Shown here piece by piece: positions 48,701 through 64,000 of a stretch of 64,000 nt of DNA. The position numbers were made by a program, and so were the translations under genes. The notes beneath the pieces were generated by a model, which was not told the origin of the DNA, did not search any database, and saw nothing but the letters and a program-made list of their open reading frames with translations. This DNA is from Octopus vulgaris (lineage: Eukaryota): the NCBI GenBank assembly GCA_951406725.2, contig OX597834.1:16926001-16990000 (forward strand). Direction: 5' to 3'. Position 1 is the stretch's first letter; every line of letters begins with the position of its first letter.

Positions 48701-50294
48701 ATCAGTGGTTCAAACAGAGATGAAAGCCAAGCCAATATTAGTTTAACGCTATTTGAAAACATAAGCTGATTGATATGAAGATTAACAGAGGCAACTAAAA
48801 GGGAACCCCATCTTTGAGAATATCCTAAACAACCGTTTCCACAACTGCTAGTGCTAATGACAACATAGGGGACTAACATTAACATGTGCACACAATAGAC
48901 GACCCTGAAGTGCCCATCAACTAATTCCAGTCACAATGAATTTGACAATGTATAGAGGTTGTAATAATAATAAGACACTTACTCCAAACCACGCGAATCT
49001 GAAGCAAACTTCATAATTACAAAGCCCTTCCTGTGCATAGAATCAATCTAATATACAAATTGGATTTAAATAAAGTTGAAAATCAAGAAATATATGTGAA
49101 GGTGTTGAAATGTTTCTGGCTTTGCATAAAAGAAAATACAGGAGGATCAATTATGATCTTATTCAACATAATCCCCTCTCAGATTCACACACTAATTACA
49201 GCAATCTTTCAGTTTGTCCAAGCCCTGTAAAAGAACCTGGAAAGTTGAGTCTCCAACCAGGCCTTTCACAGGAGCTTTCCAACACCCCCACATACAAAGC
49301 CCTCCCTTTGCCTAGAATCAATCGAATATACAAGCTGCATACCAAGAAATATATATTCAATAGGATTGTAAATTGCTAATCATAAACTCAAATACCCTAC
49401 CAGGAAGCAATAAGAGAGAAAATCACTGTAAAATCTAAATATCAATGAAGCAATCCTAAAACTATCCAAGAAATTTTTGGTTAAAGCATTATCACCACCA
49501 TTTTCACATTCAATTTTTAATGCTTGCATGGGTCAGACGCAATTTGTTGAGGCAGATTTTCTATGACCAGATGTTCTTCTTGTCACTAACCCTCATCTCT
49601 TTCCAAATAAGATAATATTACACCCATGGGCAAGCATGTTTTTATGAAAGATTGGAAACGAAGCACACTGCATGCGTGATGGGTGAGCTTGTTTACAAAT
49701 ATGTGATGTCGAGGTAAAGATATAGTTACACACACACACACATGCAAAATGGAATTCTCTTTAGTTTCTTTCTACCAAAACCCATCCAAAGCTTAAGACA
49801 CTTGCCCAAGATGACCTGATGTGAGATTGAACCTGAAACCACGTGGCTGCAAAGCAAGTTTTTTACCACTCAGCCATGTGTTCATATATATGAAGTGAAA
49901 AAAAAAATTAAAAAGACTTATTGCCTTGAAATCTCAGAATTCAAAAATTCAGGTAAAGCATATGAATAAAATAACTGGAGACTTGTTTTCTATACTTTTC
50001 CAATATTTAACTGGATAAAAAAAGGGGTGGGTGCAGGAGAGTCTTTCATATTGTTTATTCATGAGAGAACAGTTCCCCACCAAATGAATAATCATTGAAT
50101 AGATGATATTGCTACATTAAAATACCAAAACATGCTCAGCTAAAATGGGGAGGAGAAACAGTTTAAAGGTATTGTTAAGTGGTAGGTGGGAGGGGGGAAT
50201 GAACAATGCAAACACAGGTGTCTGGCTTCCAGTTTCCATTTATGAGATCCACTCACAAAGCAGAGGTCAGCTGAGCTCTAATAGAAGACACTTG

Positions 50295-51026
50295 GGATCT
50301 TTTCCTTTTGAACGGCAGTTTTCAACACAATTTCTAGTTAACTAAACACTTTTAAACTTTGTATACTGGTAGAATGTGCCAAAATAGAACTTTTTTTTCT
50401 CTTGGCTTTCTCGAGAAAATTCTGATTTGTAAGTTTAACATAGTTTAATTTTTCGAATTCTAACCAATCCTATGGCCTCCATTGAGCTAAAATCATTTGC
50501 TGCATCTAAAACAGACAACATCCTGTCACTAACCCTAACCCTCACCCTAAATTTTAGCCTTTCAGTTTTTCTTTCTTAATTGTTAAATTAATTTAAGGAT
50601 ACCAATTAAGAAAAAAAATGAAAGCAATGGAAAATAATTATAATTTAACAATTAAGAAAAAAAAAAATGAAAGCAAAACTCAAAACAAAAACAAAACGAA
50701 TAATTTTAGACACACGCGTAACAATTAAATTGATTTAACAATTAAGAAGAAAAAAAACGAAAGGCTAAAATTTAGGGTTTAGGGTTAGGGACAGGATGTT
50801 GTCTCAGTTTTAGACGCAGCAAATGATTTTAGCTCAATAGAGGGCATAGGATTGGTTAAAATTCGAAACATTAAACTACGTTAAACTTACAAATTATAAT
50901 TTTCTCAAGAAAGCCAAGAGAAAAAAAAATGTTTTATTTTGACACATTCTACCAGTATACGAAGTTTAAAAGTGTTTAGTTAACTAGAAATTGTGTTGAA
51001 AATTGCCGTTCAAAAGGAAAAGATCC
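50295..51026. mobile_element. Long-TIR foldback non-autonomous DNA transposon with 8-bp TSD, inserted in a SINE
   Basis: Arms of about 290 bp, ggatcttttccttttgaacggca... / ...tgccgttcaaaaggaaaagatcc. TSD gacacttg at 50287-50294 and 51027-51034. Confidence 0.93.
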
Positions 51027-51117
51027 GACACTTGTCCCAAATGCAGTAAGACACCAAACCCAAGATCACATGGCTGGAAGGCAAGCTTAAGCACACAGCC
51101 ATGCCTGATACACACAC

Positions 51118-51155
<38 letters not shown>

Positions 51156-51839
51156 TATCTTTTATTTTGTCATTAGACTGCAGCCATGCTAGGGCACCAC
51201 CCTGAAGAATTTTTAGTTGAATGAACCGACCCCAAGACATAATTTTTTAAAGCCTGGTACTTATTCGAGCTGTCTCTTTTGCCGAACCACTAAGTTACAG
51301 GAATATAAACAAACCAACACTGATTGGCTAGCAGTGGAGGGGGATAAACAGACTGACAAACAAACAATGGGCTTCTTTCAGGCTCCACCTTACCAAATCT
51401 ACTCACAAGGCTTTGGTCGGCCCAAAGCTATTAGTAGAAGACACTTACCTTGGGTGCCGTACAGTGGGACTGAGACTAGTACCATGTGGTTGGGAGGCAA
51501 ACTTCTTACCACACAGCTGGGTGGTGGTCTTAATCCACCACCCAGTATAATACCACTACCTATCCTTTAAGGGTTTTTTGGGGAAGAGATAATTGGGTAT
51601 AGGTGTCTGGATACCAATAATTTGGCACAGATGACTGAACAGCCTTCAGTCTGCTTTGGAGACAGTACATTTTTTTTTGGTGCTGAAGAGAAACAGTCCC
51701 ACACACACACACACACTCACACACGTGTGCATGCAGAAATATATACATACAGATAGAGAAAGAGAGATAGATTTATTAACTGAAATATGATTGGAATAAA
51801 GGCTTTCTCTTCTCAGTACATAAAGAGAAATATGCTTAC

Positions 51840-51884
<45 letters not shown>

Positions 51885-52138
51885 ATACAATTTATCAACT
51901 GAACATGACCGACATAAGCATTTTACCTTTTCGTCACACGCACATGAACACAGAGACAGAAACAGTACAATTTATTTATTGAACATGGACATAAATGCCG
52001 TCCCTCTCCTCATACATAAAAGAGAAGTATGCTCACACAAATAAACAGACTGAAAGAAGAGAGACACATTACAATTCATTAATTGAACACAATACACTTT
52101 CTCTCTCTCATCATACACAAACAGAGAAGGGGGGTAGG

Positions 52139-52202
<64 letters not shown>

Positions 52203-52489
52203 AAAACATCTTAAAAATGCTAAGTGTCAAATAAGGCAGCCATGAATTAGCAGTGCTGAAATGGCTGTGCTCTAACATCTCGTACCCATGCCTTCCGTAG
52301 AGCCCACTGCTGCAAGTATCTTGGGATAGATCTTTAATCTCAAGACACATCCCTTCCTGCATGCCCATCACAAGAGGACCTTTCTGTAAAGCCATTACAA
52401 TACAGACACACTCACACACACACATACATATATATGTATGTATATATATATATATATATATAAAACCCACATGAATTATACATACATAA

Positions 52490-52549
52490 AACACACATTC
52501 GTTAAATTAAATATCACCTAAGCAGCACTGTTCCATTAGCATCTTTATT
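52490..52549 (-). terminator. Probable PP2Ac poly(A) signal (3' UTR about 1.35 kb)
   Basis: AATAAA (tttatt at 52544-52549) followed on minus by GU-rich gaatgtgtgttttatg; microsatellites and SINEs resume beyond it. Confidence 0.55.
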
Positions 52550-53867
52550 ATATTAGTAGCAATAATTTAAAATGAGAATATTTCAAAAAAATTAAATAAG
52601 AGCTAAAAAAAAAAAAAAGTAAAATAAAATAAAAAAAACAGGAAATGAAGAAAGAAAATATATATTAAAACAGAAATGACCTTTTTTTTTTTTTAAACTT
52701 TTTCTTTCTTTTCTTTTTGTAAATTCATTTCCATTTTGAGCTATAAGATGAAGAATCGGTTCCAGAAAATATCCTTAGGGAGAATATATTCCAATCGTCT
52801 TTCTTAAAACTTTGCTTTTTTCTTTAATTTTTTTTTTTTTTTTTTTCCGACAAAAAGTATTCAAATGTAATACAATGAAGATATTTTTGTGTTTTTTTCT
52901 GTTTTTGTTTGTTTGGTTTGTAAATTTCTAGCATCACAATTACAGATTCTCTTTTATGTATACATATATAAATATATATATGTTTTTTTTTTCTCTCAAA
53001 TTTGTTTTTTTTTTTTTGTTTTGCTTCTTTCTTTACATGTGTTCCTTTCTTTCAGGCATCAAAGCATTTAAGTCCACCATTCCTTCAGTTGCTCCAGTTT
53101 AAAATAATAATAATAATAATAGTGAAGAGAAACAAAGACTTCTGTAGCTATAGGGAGGAGATTAAGAGGATGGACGGGGAAGGGGGGGGGGGGTAGAGAG
53201 CAAGAGACAGATAGGGAAAAGTATAATCCATCAGAAACAAACTTTTTGAAGAAGTGAAGAGCCAGCTCTATTATGAGATGGAGGGGGTGGGGGGAGAAAG
53301 AAAAAAAAGAAAAGAAAATCTTATATCACATAAGTCTTGCAGGACTTGGTTAAACATTTAACAAGAATAGATGCTGGAGTAAGGGTGGAGTGAGGAGAGA
53401 GAGGACAAAAGTGACCTATGGCAGCCTTGTTTCCACCAATAATAGATGAACTATGAATGGTGCTAAACTAAAGGGGCTATGTACGTTAGGAGGAAGTGGG
53501 GATAGCAGTAGACAGCTCATGTCATTCAACAACTGCCGAAATGTAATTCAAATTATTAAGAAAAACCCCCACAAAACACACACACATGCACACACCATTG
53601 TGTATGTCTTACAATAACTTGTTGGCTGCTTTCACATTAAAGAATAGAGAATGTTCTTTTTTTTTTTTGAGGGGGGATATATTTATTTTGTTTTGTTGTT
53701 TTGTTATTTCTTCTTTTTTTTTTTAATATTTTGCAAGAGTATGTTTGTCATTTTGCCACAGCTCCCAATGAAAGGGACCAGATGCTGCTGATGCTGTTGT
53801 ACTTAGACTAGTTACCAAAAAAAAGAAAGTTAGCTGCCCAGTACAACTAAAAAAATGTTCAGGGTTC

Positions 53868-53966
<99 letters not shown>

Positions 53967-55256
53967 TTACCAGGGCAATATACGAAGTTGGAATGGAAAA
54001 AGGATAGACATCATCATACAATTTATCTTTTACTTGTTTCAGTCATTTGATTGTGGCCACACTGGAGTACCACCTTCAAAGGTTTTAGTCAAATTGACCA
54101 CAGGACTTATTTTTTTAAAGCCTAGCACTTATTCTATTGGTCTCTTGCAGAGCTGCCAAGCTACACGGGACATAAACACACCAATACAAGTTGTCAAGTA
54201 GTGGGATACAAGTGTCTTTTTTCAGTTTCTATCTACCAAATCCAGTCACAAGGCTTTGGTTAGTCCAAGGCTATAGTAAAAGACACTTGCCTAAGGCACC
54301 ATGCCATTGGACTGAACCCAGAACCATGTGGTGGGAAGCAAGCTTCTTATCACACAGCCATGCCTATGTTGACTTTTCTTTGCTTGCTTGGGTCAAATGA
54401 AATTTGTCATAGTAGAATTTTCTACCCTTCCATTTGCTAGCCCCCAACTTATTTCCAAGCAAGGTAATATTTCCACCATGGCTAGTTATATTTCCCACAT
54501 AATGCTAGAAAAAAACAACCTTGCTTATATGACAATGACATTCATTTACAACCATTGTGTGATGTCTAGACAAGGTTACACACAAAGGGCTTCTTTCAGT
54601 TCTTTCAAATCCACTCACAAGGCTTTGGTTGGCCCAAGCCTACTGCAGAAAACCCATACCCAAGGTGCCACACAGTGGGACTGAACCCAAGACCACATGA
54701 TCAAAAAGCAAGTTTCTTAATCACACAGCCATGCCAGTGGCTATAGCAAGAAAAAACCACTCTAGGCACAAGGCCTGAAAAATTTGGTGGTGGTAGTAGT
54801 GTGTGTGTGGGGGGCAATCAGTTTGATTGAATCCAGTATGCAGCTGGTACTTCATCGACCCCCACCCACTGAAAGGATGAAAGACAAAGTCAACCTCAGC
54901 GGAATTTGAACTCAGAACATAACGACAGACGAAATACCACTAAGCATTTTGCCAGGGGTGCTAATGTTTCTGCCAGCTTGCCACCTTAACTAGGGAAATA
55001 TATTAACCTGTCAGCATTCACATTACATCTACATTTGTAGCTGCAAGATTTTGATAGGATGTTTTTTATTTTTAGAATGACAATGTAGGGGAGGTATGCG
55101 ACACTGGATCCAAGTGGTCTGAACATGAGCAGAATATTTGGACCAGTATGAGCCGTTTTAAATGCTAAAGGGTTAAGTTGGAAAAGAAGAAAAATAATTC
55201 TATAGAGATTTGAAAAACACAGCCAAAATCATTAAAAAAAAAAGAAGTTTAACTTA

Positions 55257-55442
<186 letters not shown>

Positions 55443-56149
55443 TTACTCAAACAGATAACAAAATCTCATGCTTTAAAACAAACATGAGCAACCCGTGGCC
55501 CACAGCATGTTTTTATGTGGCTCTCAAAGAGTTTCCAGGTTACTAATTTCATACTAAGACAAAATTAGGAACTGCAAAAAATTTGGTGTAAAGTGGGCAT
55601 GTAATATTTCATGCATATGTGTTTTACCATGCGGTCCTCTCCCACTTGGAAATTGCATGATGCAGCCCCCAGTTGACGCAAAGTTGTCAATCCCAGCTTA
55701 AAGTAGCTGTGAAACTTTTAAGAGAATCAGTATCATGTTCACATTTTTTTTCCTGCTGGTATGAGTTGGACAAGACTTTTGGAAGACAGTATTCTGCACT
55801 CCCTGACACCAACATTTTTCAAGTAAGGTAATTTATTCTACCATTTTGCACAAACTGTCAAAGTGACAGACTTTTTGGTTTATATAGTTACATAGGACAT
55901 AAACATCACCACTGTTGGCAGAGTGGTGTCAATATAAAAACATGAAGTGGGAGATGTGCGCACGCGGGCACACACACACACACAGAGGCTTCTATACTGG
56001 TTCCTTGTACCAAATTTCATTCATAAGGTTTTGGTTGACTTGAGACTGTAAACAGAAAACATCCAAGGTGCTCAAGGTTCTGCACAGAGCAACTAAACCT
56101 AACAACCACATGATGTCAGTGGAATTTTCAGCCACACAACTATGCTTCA

Positions 56150-56494
<345 letters not shown>

Positions 56495-57898
56495 TTATCC
56501 ATGTAAAAAATATATATATTTTTTGCTATAAAGCTCAGGAGGGAGCCTGTATGTAGTCACTTGATCTGCTGAAATAGCCACCAGATTTCACACAACTATC
56601 TTAAGTTGGGATGTTCACATCTAGAATACTTTTGATCTGCTGAATCATCACAAACAAGTTTTATTTGCAATACAAACACCAAACCAAAATATATTCCCTC
56701 AAATATAAGAATAGCCTAAGAAGCAATAAAGAGTTTATTTCAAATGTTAAGCTAATCAATACTTGTACAATAGATTTACCATTACCCATAGGTTTCATTT
56801 TATATTATCAATATGAACTAATTAAACTCAATTTAACCATTTTGTTACCATATTTCTGTTAAAATATGCAAACTGTTTCAATTTTTTAAAATAGGGAAGA
56901 ATCTAATAAAATAACTTTATTATTAAGCTGAGGTCTTGAACAAAGTGCCATAAAATTTTAACATTATAACTTAGACCACTTTAGAACAGTAAGTTCATGT
57001 CATAGACCTGGAGTGGTTTCAGGTAGGCTGGCATCAAAAAGGTTCAGTAGCTTTTCACCACATGCTCTACAATGTCAACAATTTATCTAAAAATATTCAT
57101 CACAATATCAAAATATACTGCGGAAGATTGTTATAAGTGTCACTCTCTACAGCAATTGAAAATATAAAATATACTTTCAGAATTTTGATAGTATTTCCAA
57201 ATAAAGCTATCATCAGGTTCAAATGATGGCAGTGATCTGTGCACAATAACAGTAAATATCTCCTTAGCCTAAAGTTCTTGGTTTCATGACATGAGACAGG
57301 GTAGGAAAAAAAATGGCACTCCTGGTTAGAAAAGTAGTCTAAATGGTTAGGCTAACACATCTACATCACGAGGTGTTCATTCTGTAATAAATTCAAGCAA
57401 AATAGAACAGTATTTTGCCAAGAAATACAACAAAAAGAACCTGTTAAAAACGTCCAACAGATCTACCAATCAGTATATGATCAATGCTTAAACTTCCAAA
57501 AACACATGAAAAGAAAGCATCTCAGTGGGTGTGTGTATTATTTTGTTTGTCATTTGACTGCGGCTATGCTGGAGCACAGCCTTGTAGAGTTTTAGTCGAA
57601 CAAATCGACCCCAGAACATTTTTTAAGCCTACTACTTATCCTATCAGTCTCTTTTGCTGAACCGCTAAGTCATGGGGGATATAAACACACCAACACTGAG
57701 AGGTTCAAACACATACACAAAGACAAACACACATATAAGTACATGTATTATACACACACCGGGCTTCTTGTTTCTGTCTAACAAATCCACTCACAAGGCT
57801 TTGATCAGCCTGAGGATATAGAAGACACTTTCCCAAGGTGCCACACAGTGGGACTGAACCCAGAACCATGTGATTGGGAAGAAAGCTTCTTACCTGTG

Positions 57899-57936
<38 letters not shown>

Positions 57937-59845
57937 TATATATATGTATAAAATCATCAAAATCCATTTTCCATGCTTTTGCATGGATTGAAAAGAGTTT
58001 AAGGTAAATTTTCTCTGGCTGGCTGACCTTTCTCTGGCCAGCTGATCTTCACCAGGTTCTAAGCATGGTAATATTTACCCACGGCAAACATGTTCTCTTA
58101 GTGACAATGGCAATCATTTACAACTATCGCGTGATGTCAAGACAAGGAAACACAAACATACACACAACTCGCTTCCTTCAATTTCCACCTACCAAATCCA
58201 CTCACAAAACTTTGGTTGGCCTGAAGCTAGAGCAGCAGACACTTGCCCAAGGTACCAAAGAGTGGAACTAAGCCCAGACCCTTGTGGTTGTTCAGATTAC
58301 ATATTGAAAAGAGAGGATTCATCACCCTATCATTAAAACTGCAAAGCTATAAATCTGGTCAGGTTAGTAGACAATATACAAAGAACCTATTATTTTTGTT
58401 AGACTATTAATTCTAGAGTGACCTTTAAACCAGATTTTAAGAACCTTATGTAACAGAGGTCATCACAAATATAAAATGCTAGCCAAATCAATATTGCACT
58501 AAATTACAACAATTTTACAAACTTATCCGAAGAGGAGATTACAGAAGCTTGTCTTATTTTAATTTTATTTTGGCAGAAAATTTATTTACAGTATTAGAAT
58601 GTAACTATGTAAACACATCAACACACACACACAATATTTTCATTACTTTCTCAAGTGATTTATTTAATTTTACAGCTTTTTCTCAACATGTTTTTACATG
58701 CTACTTATTATAGACACATATTTTTGCATTAGTCCAGTTTCATTATACACAAGTTCACACAAATATGCTTATGTGCTATTTGTGAAATAGGAAACCATTG
58801 TCTATAACTAGTGTACAGCTGACATTAAAAGTATTTTAAATTTCTCATAAAATATCAGATTTTCCTGCTCTACTAGCTTTAGACCTACCTCACCCCTCAC
58901 CTGCAGCACTGTGAGAATTTATAGATTACAATATTTTCTAGTCTTTTGAACTTCAATTAAATCAGTCATGCTGCAGCTACCCACTCCTTCACGCTGAAGA
59001 AACTAAATCCTAACCCACTTCACTATAGCTCTAGGAAAACAACTTTTTTTTTTGTAAAAAAAACCTTTCATTAGATTGAAGATATTTTCATAATTATATC
59101 TACACTCACACTAATTTTAACTTTTAATACATGTTACCTAACATTATGCTTGAAAACAATAATTCTTTAAATAACAAAGCACTGTTACTTCAGCAATAAA
59201 ATCCACTGAGGTCTTTGTCTAGAGCACCTAGATAATTAGCCTTCATAACAACTGTCAACTCTTCTCAAGCAGGCAAACTGAAAGTCTACACTAAGCCTGT
59301 CTCACTAAAACACAATTGTTAATTTAACACTATCTCATAAGTCGTTAGCAACTTCAACAAAATAAAACTTATGGCTATTTGCTAAATGACTGCCTATGAC
59401 TTAGAACAGCAGTAAGATCTTAGTAAGCTGAATCTGTGACCTGACTTCAACTCTTGGTTGGAAACATTTCATTTTACTTCTGTAATTTTAAGAAAACTGT
59501 TCACATCAACCCCAAGCAAAATGCAATTCACATTTTCTGAATGGCACAACTAACCAAAGATTGCCTTAAAATATTTTTCAGTAGTGTAAACTGCAAGATG
59601 ACAAGCCATATCTCATGTGATTTGATTTTCAGAAAAGGTTGCCTGTACTTGGTTTCTATAAAAGGAACCAGTTACATGTAACGTGATCAGTTAAACACAT
59701 GGAGTCAACCAGTTAAAAAAACAAAACAATTATTATAAAATTTCCCAGAATGTCTTGTTGATTTAGACTGGATCTTCAATGTTTGTATGAATTTAAAAAT
59801 ATATTACCTGAAATATTAGAAGAAATGTTTTGAAATTGATTCATT

Positions 59846-61196
59846 TCTATATCTATAAATGGTAAAATGTCTGTGTATTTGTGTGCCCTTTATACAAATC
59901 CACAGTTTTTCACATAAAAGGCTCGCATTTTCTATGAGCTTTCAAAACTGTCTGAGGGTGGTTGTGAAGATCTTTTCATTTACCCAGTCACCCCAGAAAG
60001 CCATTAAAAAAAAAAAAAAAATCGATAAACCAACCTCCAATGCCCCTAAGTTATAGGCATATTCATTGAAAATCGCTAAAACATAGAAATTTGTATGTGG
60101 TGCGTGCGTACAGCTAGATACACCATTAGACTGCCAGCTGTTTTTTGATTGGACGGAAATAATTTTACCCATGACAGTTGAACACGCATTTGCACACAGT
60201 CTGTATGACTCAGCGTATTTTTGCGTGTTGCGAAGACGCATTATCATGTGTTTTGGCTTTCAAACGTGCAGGTTTTTCAGGGAATAATTAACGAGTTAGG
60301 ATCTCCAAAGCAACATTCTTCAACGGTCCTTAATACAATGTAGCCGTCCTCCTCTGAAACAAACCCGCCATGCACAACTCCACAGCCATGTCATTTAGAA
60401 CCCCTAGGATGGGATAGTGATAGAATGGGATTAGAAGCTGCCTATTAGAGGCTCCCGAGCCCCCTTCTGTAAGGTTAGTCTAGGTTTTAGTTGAAGGCTT
60501 AGTTGCGTTCCAAACCTAACCCCCTCTGTTTCCGTGGATCAGGAGCCCAATTAGCCTCCCGGCGAAAAGGCATACCTTTTATTTCATACCTTAGTGTCTT
60601 ACGTGCTTCTCTACGTCATGAACTTATAACTATTGACCTTACTGCGTTACTTGCTTCAATGCGTCATACTCATACAATCACTTTGAATGCTGCTTTTTGT
60701 GCTCTAATTGCTCTGCCTTTTCACCGGAATCAGCACTTTTCTTCCCACCATTGCTATTCACTCATACGACGAGGGGGTGGGGCGTGTCAAAAGGACTGGC
60801 ATGTGCAACTTGATCATCTCTGCCAGTCAAACTCCCAACCCATGCATTCCCGTCGCGACACTGATTGCGCAGGACTGGGTTGGGTGTGAAACCAAAACTC
60901 AACAAATGAGATTTATGTGCATTTTCAAAATCATGCTATTTTGTGGCCAAATTCGAGTTCTTCGCTTTTTTTGTCCGACTAATGACATGTGCACAGTCTC
61001 GCTAATTTTCCATGATTATGCCGTTCCAGGTGTGAAAACCGAAGTCCAACGAATATTAATTACTCTCATAAAAAGCTCCAACTAGCTCATAAACAACAAA
61101 ACTGGCCAGGGCTGAAATGTGATAAGAGACTTAGCTCTTGATTTAGTGAGAAATTTTTACTGCAACCCAGCAACGAACAACAAGCACTAGCACTAG
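59846..61196 (+). mobile_element. Possible non-autonomous Helitron-like element in a PP2Ac intron
   Basis: Starts TCtatatctataaa..tgtctgtgt, ends ...aacccagcaacg...caCTAG. CpG and GC content are higher than the flanks. The 3' hairpin is degraded. Confidence 0.4.
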
Positions 61197-61839
61197 ATCC
61201 GGTAACGTATATGTATATTTGTTTATTTGAATATTCCTCACACTGACTACACACACCCATTTTCATGCTGGGAATCCATGATCCTTTTAGCTAATTAGTG
61301 TCTTAAGAGTGGTCATACTTGAAGTATTTCGAGTTAATCCTTTTTCAAATACCCTACATCTGCAATTTAATTGATTAATGGAACGAGGACAAATCAGCAG
61401 AAAGAAATTTCCAAATGTATCTAGTTACAAACACCTCAATGGCTTTGAGTAATTAAATTCCACACTGATCCATAACACATTAACTGCTGCATGTACAATC
61501 ACAGCAAGCTTTTGCACAACTGCCATATGCATCACTGGTGATTACATTCTCATGGTTTTAGAAAACATTTTATTCTGTATCTCTGACATGGTTTTGAGGA
61601 TATTTCAATAACATGAGTGCTAAATATTAATCTGCGGACTCCATATCTGCAAAATGTTTTACTCCCATCGCTTTTGTTGCTTAATCATGAAAATATTGTA
61701 AAAATGAAGGGGAAAAAAAACAAAAAATAAAACATTTCCTTGCAATTATACTATGCTGTGTAACAGCATGAAATATGTGGTTGCCACTGGTAACTCCCAG
61801 TAACAGGCTGAGTCAAATAATATGGCTATTACAGCCTTC

Positions 61840-61871
<32 letters not shown>

Positions 61872-62351
61872 AGCAAGTCACCCAAAAATATAGCATGTCC
61901 TAATATAAAACTAACAACCACTATCCAAGCTATAACCCTTAAGGATTCAGATTATTCTGCCATCTGCCAAATGTAATGCTTATTTCACAGTTTTGAATTA
62001 ACCATATATTAGCTCATAACTTTGAAATACTGATGATGTGATTGTATATATTTAGTTATGGCATTGTAGAGCAGATACGAGAGGCCAACTCTGGCTAGTT
62101 TGAAAATAAAACAGATAGAATATTTGGGACTGATATGACCCGTTTAAAAGCTAATGGGCTAAAGTAGTACCAGATCTACCTGGTACTATATTCTTTTTTA
62201 ATTTCTTAATTTGATCAATTAGCTTCAAGTGACACTTGTTCTGTTACACTGCTAGTCAATGAATAAGATACATTCCAACAAAATCTTGCCACCCTGAGCA
62301 GGTGACTCTCATCTAACATTAATCATTCCTGATGCTTTCAAGCCTTACAAC

Positions 62352-62548
62352 CATCATCATCATCATCGTTTAACGTCCGCTTTCCATGCTAGCATGGGTT
62401 GGACGGTTCAACTGGGGTCTGGGAAGCCAGAAGGCTGCACCAGGCCCAGTCTGATCTGGCAGTGTTTCTATAGCTGGATGCCCTTCCTAACGCCAACCAC
62501 TCCGTGAGTGTAGTGAGTGCTTTTTACATGCCACCGGCACAGGTGCCA
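62352..62548 (-). mobile_element. SINE family 3 with V-domain-like core and (GAT)n tail. Others: 44265-44432, 35830-36260 (+); 32575-32945 (-)
   Basis: Core ggttggcgttaggaagggcatccagct and tail ccaacccatgctagcatggaaagcggacgttaaacgatgatgat. Confidence 0.75.
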
Positions 62549-63148
62549 TCATAGGAAATTTCTGCTGGCTCCATATCTGCAAAATGTTTTATTCCCATCG
62601 CATTTGTTGCTTACAGCTTGAATCAGAGCAGAGCACTGCCATCTGCTAATTGTCATTCAATAAACTAATGGCAACTTCTCAATAATTCTTTGAGGTCATT
62701 TTTAACTGTTGCTACAAGTACAAATGAATCCTTATTTCAAAATTACTCCGTATCTTCACTCATTCCAACAGTCTAGCAATATGAAACATTTCATCCTTAT
62801 CAACCACACTGTTGATTCCTACAACAAAATAAGCCTGGCAATTTGCCCTGCGGGAATGCTAAGCTTCTCGACCAGAAATATAGAAGAGATAACTACTCAG
62901 TTTTTATCTTTGACTAATAATTATCTAGTTATTTAAATACTTCTCTATTTATTTAGCCAAGTAATATTCACATGCAGCAAGTTAAACTTCCTTCTCTGAA
63001 ACCAGACATCCACTGATGTAAAAAGAACAAACAAGTAACCTCTCTAGATGCACAATATCTTAAAAATAGCCAACAATTCTGAAAATATCGGCTAAAATTT
63101 TTCTACAAAAAGCTCAAGCGTAGTAACAATCCACATTTATAATTATTA

Positions 63149-63361
<213 letters not shown>

Positions 63362-64000
63362 TCAGTCCCACTGTGCAGCACCTTGGGCAAGAGTCTTCTA
63401 TAGTCTCGGGCTGACAAATCTTTGGTCAGCCCCAGTTGATGTTGTAGATAGAAACTGAAAGAACCCCCTTGTATCTACATGTCTTTCTTTTTATCCCTCA
63501 CCTCTGCTTGACAACCCGTCTCTGTAACTTAGTCTGGCAAAAGGGACTGACAAACTACCAGACTTTTGAAAAGTACTGGGGTCGATTTGCATGACTTAAA
63601 CCCTTCTAAGTGGTACCTCAGCAAGGGTACAATCCAATAATTGAAACAAATAAAAAGGTAAAAAATATTAAGTGACAAGGAACAGCATGCTTATGGCTTT
63701 AAATCAATTCCAGGATTTTATGTAGGTATCAGCGATAAAAATATCCCTGTATGAAAACTTGGTGTGGTGTTAAACAGTAACCTATACACAAACAAAGGAC
63801 TATTTTGCCATACAAGCATTCTAATTTTTCTATCAATGAAATACCAGTTCAGAGAATCAATATCATAAATCATATGTTAATCTGTTTTCTTGCCAAGGTT
63901 TATATTCATTTGTAAAAGACACATTAAATAAAATGGCATTTTGGTAAATTTAAGAGAGTTTGATAGAGAATGTCTTGTGGTAGTCACTCTACATTCTAAG

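Noticed and set aside
1296-52494. Many short ORFs rich in IY, CV, RE or SINE-derived peptides
   Set aside because: Translations of microsatellites and SINEs.
60503-61085. 128-aa and 125-aa ORFs
   Set aside because: No domain signal; inside a probable intronic transposon remnant, antisense to PP2Ac.

Overview
AT-rich, repeat-dense eukaryotic DNA. The SINE, RTE, CR1 and MITE content looks like a mollusc, probably an octopus or other coleoid cephalopod; this is inferred from repeat style and not proven. Genes: (1) two ELAV/Hu/Sxl-family three-RRM paralogs with intronless CDSs lying tail-to-tail (11621-12577 +, divergent copy; 18007-18933 -, conserved copy), whose predicted 3' ends are only about 230 nt apart; (2) the last four coding exons of the PP2A catalytic subunit on the minus strand (63256 down to 53868, ending TPDYFL). 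Most striking observation: an inverted, deletion-riddled copy of the first ~370 nt of the + ELAV exon sits ~0.8 kb upstream (about 10555-10790), in that gene's predicted 5' intron. It could fold back onto the coding exon as an editing-complementary sequence for ADAR A-to-I recoding, with A:C mismatches at non-synonymous sites. It may instead be only a decayed third paralog. Also seen: uORFs and U-tracts in both ELAV leaders, candidate twin non-coding micro-exons, loss of the RRM3 dimerisation Trp in one paralog, hammerhead-like motifs in Penelope-type remnants, two identically truncated inverted RTE fragments, a foldback element carrying TTAGGG repeats, and nested MITEs. All alignments were done by eye and repeat boundaries are approximate.
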